Part shown: one piece after another, positions 27,096-35,037 of the stretch
How positions within the stretch are numbered: position 1 is the stretch's first letter
How the letters are laid out: the number at the start of each line of letters is the position of its first letter
Source of the DNA: Faecalibacterium sp.
GTDB taxonomy: Bacteria; Bacillota; Clostridia; Oscillospirales; Ruminococcaceae
Direction: 5' to 3'
Length of the DNA stretch: 35,975 nucleotides
Assembly: GCA_017483235.1 (NCBI GenBank)
Contig: JAFULE010000154.1
Span: 1-35,975 of the forward strand
Notes under the pieces: model-generated
Databases searched by the model: none
What the model saw: the letters and a program-made list of their open reading frames with translations, nothing else
Told to the model about the DNA's origin: nothing
Program-made: the position numbers and the translations under genes

Positions 27096-27851
27096 ATGCA
27101 GTTAGTATTGCTTACAGCCCTTGGGGTGGGCGGCGCCACCCTGTTGGGCGCGGTGATCGGTTTTGTGTTCAAAAACATCTCCCACCGCTTTTCCGACATT
27201 GTGCTGGCCTTTGCCGCCGGTGTGATGCTGGCCGCCGCAGTTCTGGGCCTGATTTTGCCGTCGGTGGAATACGGCGGCGGGGCCGCCGGCCTGCCCATGA
27301 CCATTGCGGGCATTTTTGCTGGCGCGCTTTGCCTGAATCTGATCGACAAACTGGTGCCCCATCTGCACAAGCTGGTGGGCCCCGACCTTGAACCCCATCA
27401 CAACGCCAACCTGAGCAAGGTGCTGCTGTTCGTTACCGCCATTGCCATCCACAATCTGCCCGAAGGCATTGCCGCCGGCGTGGGCTTTGGCGCCGACGAC
27501 CCCGGTCAGGCCCTGCTGATCGCAGGCGGCATTGCACTGCAGAACATCCCCGAGGGCATGGTGATCATCGGCCCCATGCTGGCGGCGGGGGTAAGCCCCA
27601 TGCGCACCTTTGTGTGCGCCATGATCACCGGCCTGGTGGAGGTGGCCGGCACCCTGATCGGCTACGGCGCGGTCAGCGTGGCAGCGGCGGTTTTGCCCTT
27701 TGCGCTGGCCTTTGCGGGCGGCACCATGCTGTATGTGATCAGCGACGAGATGATTCCCGAAACCCACGCCCACGGCAGCCAGCAGGGCGCCACCTATGCC
27801 CTTCTGGTGGGCTTCTGCATCATGCTGATCAGCGATGTGCTGCTGGGCTGA
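27096..27851 (+). CDS. ZIP family (GufA/ZupT-like) divalent metal transporter
   Basis: FAAGVML, IHNLPEG, QNIPEG, EMIPE motifs. Confidence 0.92.
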   Translation: MQLVLLTALGVGGATLLGAVIGFVFKNISHRFSDIVLAFAAGVMLAAAVLGLILPSVEYGGGAAGLPMTIAGIFAGALCLNLIDKLVPHLHKLVGPDLEPHHNANLSKVLLFVTAIAIHNLPEGIAAGVGFGADDPGQALLIAGGIALQNIPEGMVIIGPMLAAGVSPMRTFVCAMITGLVEVAGTLIGYGAVSVAAAVLPFALAFAGGTMLYVISDEMIPETHAHGSQQGATYALLVGFCIMLISDVLLG

Positions 27852-27880
27852 GCCTTTGCCTACATAAATAGTTGACACAA

Positions 27881-27919
27881 AACACCCCCGCCGCAGGCAA
27901 TGCCTGCGGCGGGGGTGTT
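27881..27919. terminator. Bidirectional terminator between ZIP and the glycyl radical enzyme
   Basis: AACACCCCCGCCGCAGGCA-A-TGCCTGCGGCGGGGGTGTT. Confidence 0.8.
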
Positions 27920-27954
27920 GTTATGAAAGGAATCGTCGGTCCATTCCCGGAAGA

Positions 27955-30363
27955 TTACAGGTTGTGGGTAGTGCGGTTGATGACCTCTTCCTGCATGGAG
28001 GCGTTCAGCTGTACAAAGTAGGCGCTGTAGCCGGCAATGCGGATGACCAGATCACGGTGCTCTTCGGGCTTTTCGCGGGCGGCCAGCAAGGTTTCGAGGC
28101 CAACCACGTTGAACTGCACATGCTTGCCGCCGTTGGTCAGGTAGGTGCGGATCATGGCAGCCAGCTTGCCCATATCCTCTTCGGTCTTGAGGGCCGAGGG
28201 ATGGAACTTCATGTTCAGCAGGGTAGCCTGGAAGGGATCCTGATCGATGCGCATGGCGCTCTGCATCACGGCCAGAGGGCCGTTGGTGTCCATGCCCTGC
28301 ATGGGGCTCATGGTGCCGTCGGCCAGCAGGGTGCCGGCCTTGCGGCCGTCGGGGGTAGCGCCGGTCAGCAGGCCGCCGGGCTGGTGGCTGGTGATCGAGA
28401 TGCCGCAGGGCACGGTGGTGCCGCCGGTGATGGTTTTGAGGGTGGGCACAAAGTCGGTAAATACCTTGTAGCAGCGGGCCACGATCTCGTCCACATAGGG
28501 GTCGTTGTTGCCAAACTTGGGGGCCGCCAGGAAGTCCTGACGCATCTCTTCATAGCCGACCCAGTCTGCTTCCAGTGCGTCGTACAGCTGCTTCAGGGTG
28601 TACTTCTGTTCGTCGAAGCACAGCTTCTTGATGGCGGCGAAGCTGTCGCCCACGTTCACCATACCGATGGTGCATACCGAAGCGGTGTTGTCGAAGGGGA
28701 TGTCGTGGCGGCACCAGATGTCCTTGCCGCTTTCGATGCCCTTGTACATCAGGGCGCTGCGCAGCGGGTCGGGCAGAACCTCCTGGGTTACCTTCAGCTC
28801 TACGTTATTGCGCTCGCCCACGATGGAAACACAGTACTTGAACTGCTTTTCCCATGCGGCAAACATCTCTTCGAAGGTCTTAAACTGGGTAAAGTCGCCG
28901 GTGGGCAGGCCTGCCTGCTCGCCGTTCTTGACGTTGATGCCGTTGTGGCGGAACAGGTCGAAGATGACGGTCATGATGGTCATGGGCACCGGGCCGGTAC
29001 GGCTCTTGCCGGGCAGGTTGGCGTCCAGACAGCCGGTGATGCCAAAGTCGCGGGCATCTTCCAGCGAAACACCGTGCATGGTGAAGAACTCGGTGTAGCT
29101 TTCATCACTGATAAAGGCGGGCATCGACAGGCCGGCCTTGATGCACTCTACGCCCTTCATCAGCAGATCGGCGGGGGTGCTGGGGGCCACACGCAGGGTG
29201 ATGGTGTGGTGCGGGGTACGGGTGATCAGGGCCGCATCCAGCATCATGTAGCTCAGATCGTTGGTGGCGTCGGTGCCGTCGGGCTTGACACCGCCAATGA
29301 TGAAGTTATGCCACTTGGCAAAACCGGCATTCTTTTTGCGGTTGTTCTTGCCGGAGGTGCGGTTCAGCTCCATGTCCTTCAGGCGCATGCAGCACAGCAG
29401 CTCCAAAGCTTCCTCGCGGGTGATGCGGCCGGCTTCCAGATCGGCCTTGTAGTAGGGGTACATGTACTGGTCGAAACGGCCGCCGGGCAAGGTGGTGCTG
29501 GGGCTGAGCATCAGGAACTGGAACCAGAAGCACTGGATGGCCTCGCGGAAGGTGCGGGGCTTGTTGCGGGGGATCCAGCGGCAGGTTTCGGCAATGGTTT
29601 CCAGCTCGGCCTTGCGGGTGGGGTCTGCTTCCTTTTCGGCCATTTCGGCAGCCAGAACCGCGTAACGGTCAGACAGGGTGTTGATGGCCTCAAACGCCAT
29701 GATCACAGCGCGATAATAACGGAACTTGTCCACGCCCTCGGGATCGTCGAAACGCACCTGGCGCTGGCACTCCTTGGCCTGCTCGATCAGGGCCAGGGTG
29801 CCGTTTTCAAGGATCTTGGTGTAGTCCACCATCAGCAGCACCAGGCTGGGGCCAAGGCCCAGACCGCTCTGGGCATAGCCGCCGCCCACGCCGCGGCCCT
29901 GGCTCTTGTCTTTCCAGGGGGGCAGCACCAGGCCGGCCTTCAGCAGCTTGAGGATGCGCTCGTCCTCTTCTTCGTAGAAGATGTCGCCCTGCATGCCGAT
30001 CTGGGTGGCGGGGTCATGGTTCTTGTTCAGCTCCTGCAGGTCAATCTGATCCTGCTCGTCCATCAAAAAGCCGTCCTCGATCAGGCTGTCGATCTCGTCC
30101 TGGCTCCACAGGCCGTAGTTGGGGTCAATTTCCAGACCCATCGGCTTGGACGCGCCCAGGCCAACGATCAGCTCGTCGTCGGCAATGGCAATGGGCATAC
30201 GCTCGGTGTAGGCCTTCAGCATTTTGCCACGCTGCACAATGGGGGCATCGTGCTTGTTTTTGGCCAGAACATCCGCCGTAATGCGGTACTTTTCGATGCA
30301 GATGGGGTAATGATCCACCACTACACGCTTCTTGATTCGTTCAATACGATCGTACATCGACAT
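27955..30363 (-). CDS. Glycyl radical enzyme (PFL2/dehydratase-like superfamily), unknown substrate, 802 aa
   Basis: C-terminal RIAGYSAYF Gly loop, HVQFNV, PKFGNND, ATPDGR, GRFDQ, DELIVG; single-Cys loop TGCLD; AAGGAG RBS before ATG 30363. Confidence 0.93.
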   Translation of the reverse strand: MSMYDRIERIKKRVVVDHYPICIEKYRITADVLAKNKHDAPIVQRGKMLKAYTERMPIAIADDELIVGLGASKPMGLEIDPNYGLWSQDEIDSLIEDGFLMDEQDQIDLQELNKNHDPATQIGMQGDIFYEEEDERILKLLKAGLVLPPWKDKSQGRGVGGGYAQSGLGLGPSLVLLMVDYTKILENGTLALIEQAKECQRQVRFDDPEGVDKFRYYRAVIMAFEAINTLSDRYAVLAAEMAEKEADPTRKAELETIAETCRWIPRNKPRTFREAIQCFWFQFLMLSPSTTLPGGRFDQYMYPYYKADLEAGRITREEALELLCCMRLKDMELNRTSGKNNRKKNAGFAKWHNFIIGGVKPDGTDATNDLSYMMLDAALITRTPHHTITLRVAPSTPADLLMKGVECIKAGLSMPAFISDESYTEFFTMHGVSLEDARDFGITGCLDANLPGKSRTGPVPMTIMTVIFDLFRHNGINVKNGEQAGLPTGDFTQFKTFEEMFAAWEKQFKYCVSIVGERNNVELKVTQEVLPDPLRSALMYKGIESGKDIWCRHDIPFDNTASVCTIGMVNVGDSFAAIKKLCFDEQKYTLKQLYDALEADWVGYEEMRQDFLAAPKFGNNDPYVDEIVARCYKVFTDFVPTLKTITGGTTVPCGISITSHQPGGLLTGATPDGRKAGTLLADGTMSPMQGMDTNGPLAVMQSAMRIDQDPFQATLLNMKFHPSALKTEEDMGKLAAMIRTYLTNGGKHVQFNVVGLETLLAAREKPEEHRDLVIRIAGYSAYFVQLNASMQEEVINRTTHNL

Positions 30364-30473
30364 AGAACAACACTCCTTTTTATAAAATAGAAATTTGATC
30401 CTGTATCTTTCAGCCGCCCTGCATTGCAGTTCGGGCAGCTTTGTTCCCATTTTTCTGGAAATACTGGAAATAT

Positions 30474-30502
30474 TTGAAAAAACAGCCGCATCGTGTTACA
30501 AT
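30474..30502 (+). promoter_or_regulatory. Promoter of the PucR-family gene
   Basis: TTGAAA, 17 bp spacer, TG-T-TACAAT. Confidence 0.6.
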
Positions 30503-30605
30503 TATTATACTGAAGTCAAGTTGGGATTGATACGGTCGAAATATACATATTCAGGTATCAGTTTGAATGTATTTTGCGGGCTGCGGCCCAAGAGAGGAAC
30601 GCTTT

Positions 30606-32222
30606 ATGGTCACACTGGCAATGCTGCTGAACGGTTTGCACGCCCGCATCGGGCAGGTATATCCCGGCAGCGACGAACATCATACCTATCAGGGCATCTA
30701 TCTGGTGGACGAACACATCGTCTGCGAGCCGGGCATGGTGTACGTCGGCGACGGCGAAAGCCTGTATCGGCTGCTGCTGCGGGGGCCTTTGCCCCAAGGC
30801 TGCGCTTTGTTTGCCGCCGGCGACCCGAAAGGTCTTTTGGCAAACGCCCCGCGGCAGGGGGTGCCGGTGGTGGTTACCACGCTGGATCTGATCCCCTTGT
30901 ACAACACGCTGTTCCGTACCCTGTCGCAATGCTACGGCTGGCACAGCCACCTGCAGGCCGAAAGCCAGCACAGCCTGCGCAATCTGCTGCTGGCGGCCAC
31001 CCGCGAATTTGATTTTTCGGTACGCCTTTTGTCGGCCGGCCTGCAGCACATGGGCCAAAGCGTGCTGGAGGGCGAGGATGATCTGCTGGCCCTGCCGCAG
31101 GAAAACCCCGACCGCAACAGTCAGGCCCAGCTGGAACAGCTGCTGCATCAGCTGCAAAACGACCCCAGCTTTCCTTCCATCGTCACCACACCCCGGGTAG
31201 ACGGCTACATCTACGCCCTTGCGCCGGTGCAGCAGCGGGGCACCGTGCTGGGCTATCTGTTTGCCTGCAGCCGCGGGCGCAACAGTCTTTTGCACAACAT
31301 GCTGCTGGTGCTGGCCGAAGCGGTAAAAGAGCTGATGCTGCAGGCGCAGGCCGAAACCGGCGAAGCCGACAGCTTTCAGCTGCTGGCGGTCAACTTTCTG
31401 GGCGATGCGCCCGAAGATCTGGACACCCTTGACCTGCGGCTGCGCCAGCTGGCCAAGCGCCCCAAGCGGTTTTTGCGCAGTCTGGTCATCCGGCAGCTGA
31501 GCGACGACGGCCATCCCCTGCCGGCACTGCCCAAGGCACTGCGCGCGCTGTATGGCGAAGTAAAGCAGATGTTCCCCTGTGACAACGTGGCCATGCTGCC
31601 CGACTGCGTGTATGTGATGCTGAGCGACACAGTGCCCAACGCCCCCATCACGGTGACCCACAATCAGGATTTTCACGCCCTGCTGGAGCGCCACCACGCC
31701 TACGCCATGGTGACCAACCCCAGCCAGTGGCTGCGCGGGGTACGGGTGCTGTACCGGCAGGCCTATCAGCTTTTGCCTGCGGCAGTGGCCATTCGCTATC
31801 AGAAGGAAAAAGAGCGCCGCTGCCTTCGGTTTGACCGCTATGCCCCCTACTACGCCATCCACCTGTGCGAGCAGGCCAGCCGCAAAGCCATGGGGGTAAA
31901 CGATATTTTGTACCTGTGCCACGCTTCGGTGCTGACCGTTACCCGGTACGACCGCGCCTTCAACAGCAACCTGCGGGATGTGCTGTTCACCTATCTGATG
32001 AACGACCGCAGCATCAGCGAAACCAGCCGCCAGATGTTCATGCACCGCAACACCACCATTTATAAGCTGAACAAGATTCAGGAGCTGATCGGCGATGACC
32101 TGACCAACCCCTACACCCGGCACCACATGGTGTTCAGCTGCATGATCATCCGCTATGTAGAGGAATATCTGCACCGCACGGTGGATCTGCCCCCGCTGGA
32201 AAACAATCTGCTGCGCAAATAA
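30606..32222 (+). CDS. PucR/CdaR family transcriptional activator
   Basis: C-terminal YDRAFNSNLRDVLFTYL...SISETSRQMFMHRNTTIYKLNKIQEL (HTH_30); GAGG RBS before ATG 30606. Confidence 0.88.
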   Translation: MVTLAMLLNGLHARIGQVYPGSDEHHTYQGIYLVDEHIVCEPGMVYVGDGESLYRLLLRGPLPQGCALFAAGDPKGLLANAPRQGVPVVVTTLDLIPLYNTLFRTLSQCYGWHSHLQAESQHSLRNLLLAATREFDFSVRLLSAGLQHMGQSVLEGEDDLLALPQENPDRNSQAQLEQLLHQLQNDPSFPSIVTTPRVDGYIYALAPVQQRGTVLGYLFACSRGRNSLLHNMLLVLAEAVKELMLQAQAETGEADSFQLLAVNFLGDAPEDLDTLDLRLRQLAKRPKRFLRSLVIRQLSDDGHPLPALPKALRALYGEVKQMFPCDNVAMLPDCVYVMLSDTVPNAPITVTHNQDFHALLERHHAYAMVTNPSQWLRGVRVLYRQAYQLLPAAVAIRYQKEKERRCLRFDRYAPYYAIHLCEQASRKAMGVNDILYLCHASVLTVTRYDRAFNSNLRDVLFTYLMNDRSISETSRQMFMHRNTTIYKLNKIQELIGDDLTNPYTRHHMVFSCMIIRYVEEYLHRTVDLPPLENNLLRK

Positions 32223-32227
32223 CCCCG

Positions 32228-32261
32228 AAAAAAGCCCCGGAGCAACCGCTCCGGGGCTTTT
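32228..32261. terminator. Bidirectional terminator
   Basis: AAAAGCCCCGGAGC-AACC-GCTCCGGGGCTTTT. Confidence 0.8.
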
Positions 32262-32275
32262 ACCATTTAATAAAC

Positions 32276-33394
32276 TCAGCCGATCACGACCTCGTCGCCA
32301 TCCACGGTGAATTTGGGCTCGATGCCCTGGTCCAGGGTGATCTCACGCATATACTCCACGATCTCGGTAAAACGGGGATCGTCCGGGGTAAGGGTGACGG
32401 GGGTGGCGTCCTTGCCGAGCTGCACCGGCACAAAGCTGACCTTCTGGATCTTTTTGTCGTCGATGACGCACTTGATGAACAGCGACTTGTAGCTGTCCTC
32501 GGGCATCTGGCGCTTTTTCTTCTTCATGTCGGGGTTCAGCGCGGCAATATCCTGATGAGACTTGGACTCGGTCAGATCGCCCTTGCCCTCGAAGAAGCGG
32601 CCGGGCTCTTCCAGCGCAAAGTTGGCCATGCTGTACACGATCACCTTGCCCTTGTACACTTCGATGGGCTTGAGGATGTGGGTGTGATGGCCCAGAATGA
32701 TGTCGGCACCGGCATCAATGGCAAATTTTGCGGCGTAACGCTGGTAATAGGCCAGGGTTTTGGGGATGAAATGGATGCCCCAGTGGAAGGACACCATCAG
32801 AATATCCACCTGCGGGCGCAGGGCGGCAATGTCGGCCAGCATGGCATCCAGATCGTCCGGATGAGGCCAGCTGAACAGACGCACCGGGGTTTCGGGCTGG
32901 TCGTGTTCTTTGGGCACCGCAGCGCTGATGCCGCGCAGCGGGGCGCAGCCGGGCCGTTCTTCGGTGGCCCAGTAGTCCTGCGGAAGAATGCTGTTGTAGC
33001 CAAGGAAGCCGATCTTGGTGCCGTCCAGATCCACGATCACCGGCTTGCGGGCTTCGAAGATATCGGCACCGGCGCCAATGGTCTGAATGCCCTGCTCGTG
33101 CAGCAGATCCAGCGTTTCAAAAAAGGCGGGGCGGCCCCAGTCCATGCAGTGGTTGGTGGCAAAGCTGATCACGTCGTAGCCTGCGCGGCGGATGGCGCCG
33201 GCGTTTTCAGGCTTGCAGCGCATGGGCAGGCGGCACTGGGCCGCGGGGGTACCGGTGGAGGCAATGCAGGGCTCCAGCTGGCCGAACAGCAGGTCGGCCT
33301 GTGCCAGCGAAGCGCGCACGCCGTCGAACATTTCGTCGGCATTGGGGCGGTTGGGGCCAACATCGCCGGTGGCGATAAAGATCTTTTTGCTCAT
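32276..33394 (-). CDS. CapA/PGA_cap family metallophosphoesterase-fold protein, no signal peptide
   Basis: ATGDV, GQLE, FATNHCMDWG, SFHWG, GHHTH, YSMANF motifs; AAAGGAG RBS before ATG 33394. Confidence 0.85.
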   Translation of the reverse strand: MSKKIFIATGDVGPNRPNADEMFDGVRASLAQADLLFGQLEPCIASTGTPAAQCRLPMRCKPENAGAIRRAGYDVISFATNHCMDWGRPAFFETLDLLHEQGIQTIGAGADIFEARKPVIVDLDGTKIGFLGYNSILPQDYWATEERPGCAPLRGISAAVPKEHDQPETPVRLFSWPHPDDLDAMLADIAALRPQVDILMVSFHWGIHFIPKTLAYYQRYAAKFAIDAGADIILGHHTHILKPIEVYKGKVIVYSMANFALEEPGRFFEGKGDLTESKSHQDIAALNPDMKKKKRQMPEDSYKSLFIKCVIDDKKIQKVSFVPVQLGKDATPVTLTPDDPRFTEIVEYMREITLDQGIEPKFTVDGDEVVIG

Positions 33395-33476
33395 AAGGCT
33401 GCTCCTTTCAGGTGTCAGTGGTAAAAGCGGCAAAGCCGCCCATCGCGGTGACGGGCGGCTTTGCACAAAAGTCAGA

Positions 33477-34772
33477 TCAGATAGCGAATACGCCCACCAG
33501 GGACAGAACTGCGCAGACGACAGCGCCCAGAATAGCCAGAACGATGCACTTGGTAAACAGACCTTCGGCGATCTTCTGGTCGGGGCAGTTGGCGATCATG
33601 ATCGCGCCGCCGGTGGAGAAGGGAGAGATGGCAGTGGCCGAAGCGCCAACCGCAACCGCAACCAGCAGAGGAACGGGGTCGATGCCGGCAGCAGCCGCGT
33701 AGGGAATGGCCAGAGCGCCCAGCATGGGGAATACGGCGTTGATGGCGCCGGAGAACAGGCTCATGAAGCCGCCCAGCAGGGCCATGATGGCGCCCATCAT
33801 CACGGGCGAGACATTCTCGCTCAGCAGGCCGCCCAGATAATCGGTAACGCCGGCAGCAGAGGCAACACCCATCAGGGTGCAAACGCCGCCAACCATGATG
33901 ATGGTGTTCCAGGGCACACCCTTAACGATGGCATCCTTTTCCTTGCCAAGGCCCAGCACGGTGCAGACAAACACGCCGATGATGGCCAGCATCTGGATGT
34001 CCAGCGCAGAGGAAGCCTTCTTCAGGATGGGGCTGCTGATGAACAGCTTGAGCAGGTTGGGGGCAAGGGCCAGCACGGCGATAACAGCGATGACGACCAG
34101 ATTCTTTTTCTGAACTGCGGTGAAGGGTTCGGGCTTTTCGATCTGGATCTCCTTGATCTTGTAGCCCTTGGTGAGGATCCAGAACAGCAGGAACAGCACC
34201 ATGGTGAAGACAAAGAAGCCCAGGCATACCTTGTAGGCAGCGGCTTCGCCCATGCCGGGCAGCCAGCCTTCGGTGGTAGCCTTAACAACCGAGCCCTGAA
34301 CAGCCCAGGGGAAGAAGGTGCCCACAGAGCCGCCGAAGCAGACCACAACGGCGCACAGCCAGGGGTTCATGCCGGCGGGAGCGGCAACGGTAAAGGTCAG
34401 AACAGCCAGAATGGTGTTGCAGGCCGGCGGGGGTGCACCCATGGCGCCGATGATGCCGCCGATGGCCAGCAGGGCAAAGGGAATGATGTAGGGCTTATGA
34501 CGCAGTGCGTACACCACGTTCTGTGCCACCTTGGGCAGGGTGCCGTTGAACACCGCAAACGAGAAGAACATGGTGATGGTCATCAGCTGGAAGACGGTGC
34601 TGGTGGGCCAGCAGGCAACCACCTCTTTCACCTTCATGCCCTGTACCCAAACGCCGATGATATAGGCAAAGATCATGGCGGGAATGCCCAGGTTGACCTT
34701 GAGCACATAGCTGAGCGCAACCGATACAAACACGGCTGCAAGAACGACCCACAGTAAGATTTCAACTGACAT
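33477..34772 (-). CDS. Ion-transporter superfamily permease (SLC13 / MatC dicarboxylate-carrier-like)
   Basis: Many TM segments, VNLGI, NGTL, VPWNTIIMVGGV, ISPFSTGGA; AAAGGAG RBS before ATG 34772. Confidence 0.82.
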   Translation of the reverse strand: MSVEILLWVVLAAVFVSVALSYVLKVNLGIPAMIFAYIIGVWVQGMKVKEVVACWPTSTVFQLMTITMFFSFAVFNGTLPKVAQNVVYALRHKPYIIPFALLAIGGIIGAMGAPPPACNTILAVLTFTVAAPAGMNPWLCAVVVCFGGSVGTFFPWAVQGSVVKATTEGWLPGMGEAAAYKVCLGFFVFTMVLFLLFWILTKGYKIKEIQIEKPEPFTAVQKKNLVVIAVIAVLALAPNLLKLFISSPILKKASSALDIQMLAIIGVFVCTVLGLGKEKDAIVKGVPWNTIIMVGGVCTLMGVASAAGVTDYLGGLLSENVSPVMMGAIMALLGGFMSLFSGAINAVFPMLGALAIPYAAAAGIDPVPLLVAVAVGASATAISPFSTGGAIMIANCPDQKIAEGLFTKCIVLAILGAVVCAVLSLVGVFAI

Positions 34773-34977
34773 AGTTTTCTTTCTCCTTTCAAATTTTGTG
34801 GGGTGGCCGGTTCCGTTTTTACCGGGCAACGCCCTGTATACAGGGCGGTCACGCGGCAGCAGCACGGCCCGGCCGGGCCGTCTGCTTTTTATCACAACAC
34901 AAATTTAACAAATTTCATTCATTCACAAAATGTTCATTCCAACCAATTCGACACTTTTTTTATGGACAGATTAAACG

Positions 34978-35011
34978 AAAAGCCCCCCGACGCGGCGGTC
35001 GGGGGGCTTTT
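34978..35011 (-). terminator. Terminator after the GH2 gene
   Basis: AAAAGCCCCCCGAC / GTCGGGGGGCTTTT. Confidence 0.8.
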
Positions 35012-35037
35012 GACAACATTCGTATCCGTTTCAGGGC

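Noticed and set aside
27955-30363. Calling the GRE pyruvate formate-lyase (pflB), cutC or hypD
   Set aside because: No CC pair as in PFL and no GCVE motif; no activase, BMC or proline-pathway genes adjacent
24970-30363. Functional link between the trx/Crp/ZIP module and the oxygen-sensitive GRE
   Set aside because: Separated by a strong bidirectional terminator with no shared motif seen; adjacency alone is insufficient
27964-30390. 808-aa plus-strand ORF antisense to the GRE, and similar long antisense ORFs (123-1346, 12757-14250, 16120-17265, 19631-20944, 23664-24926, 30558-32174, 33192-34757)
   Set aside because: Shadow frames of high-GC3 genes: no RBS, no motifs, and they mirror a well-supported gene on the other strand
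30411-30441. Hairpin in the GRE leader loosely resembling a cobalamin riboswitch element (GCCCGAACTGCAA)
   Set aside because: Too short, and the other conserved B12-box elements are absent; treated as a simple stem-loop
32276-33394. Poly-gamma-glutamate capsule locus
   Set aside because: No capB/capC/capE and no membrane anchor on the CapA-like protein
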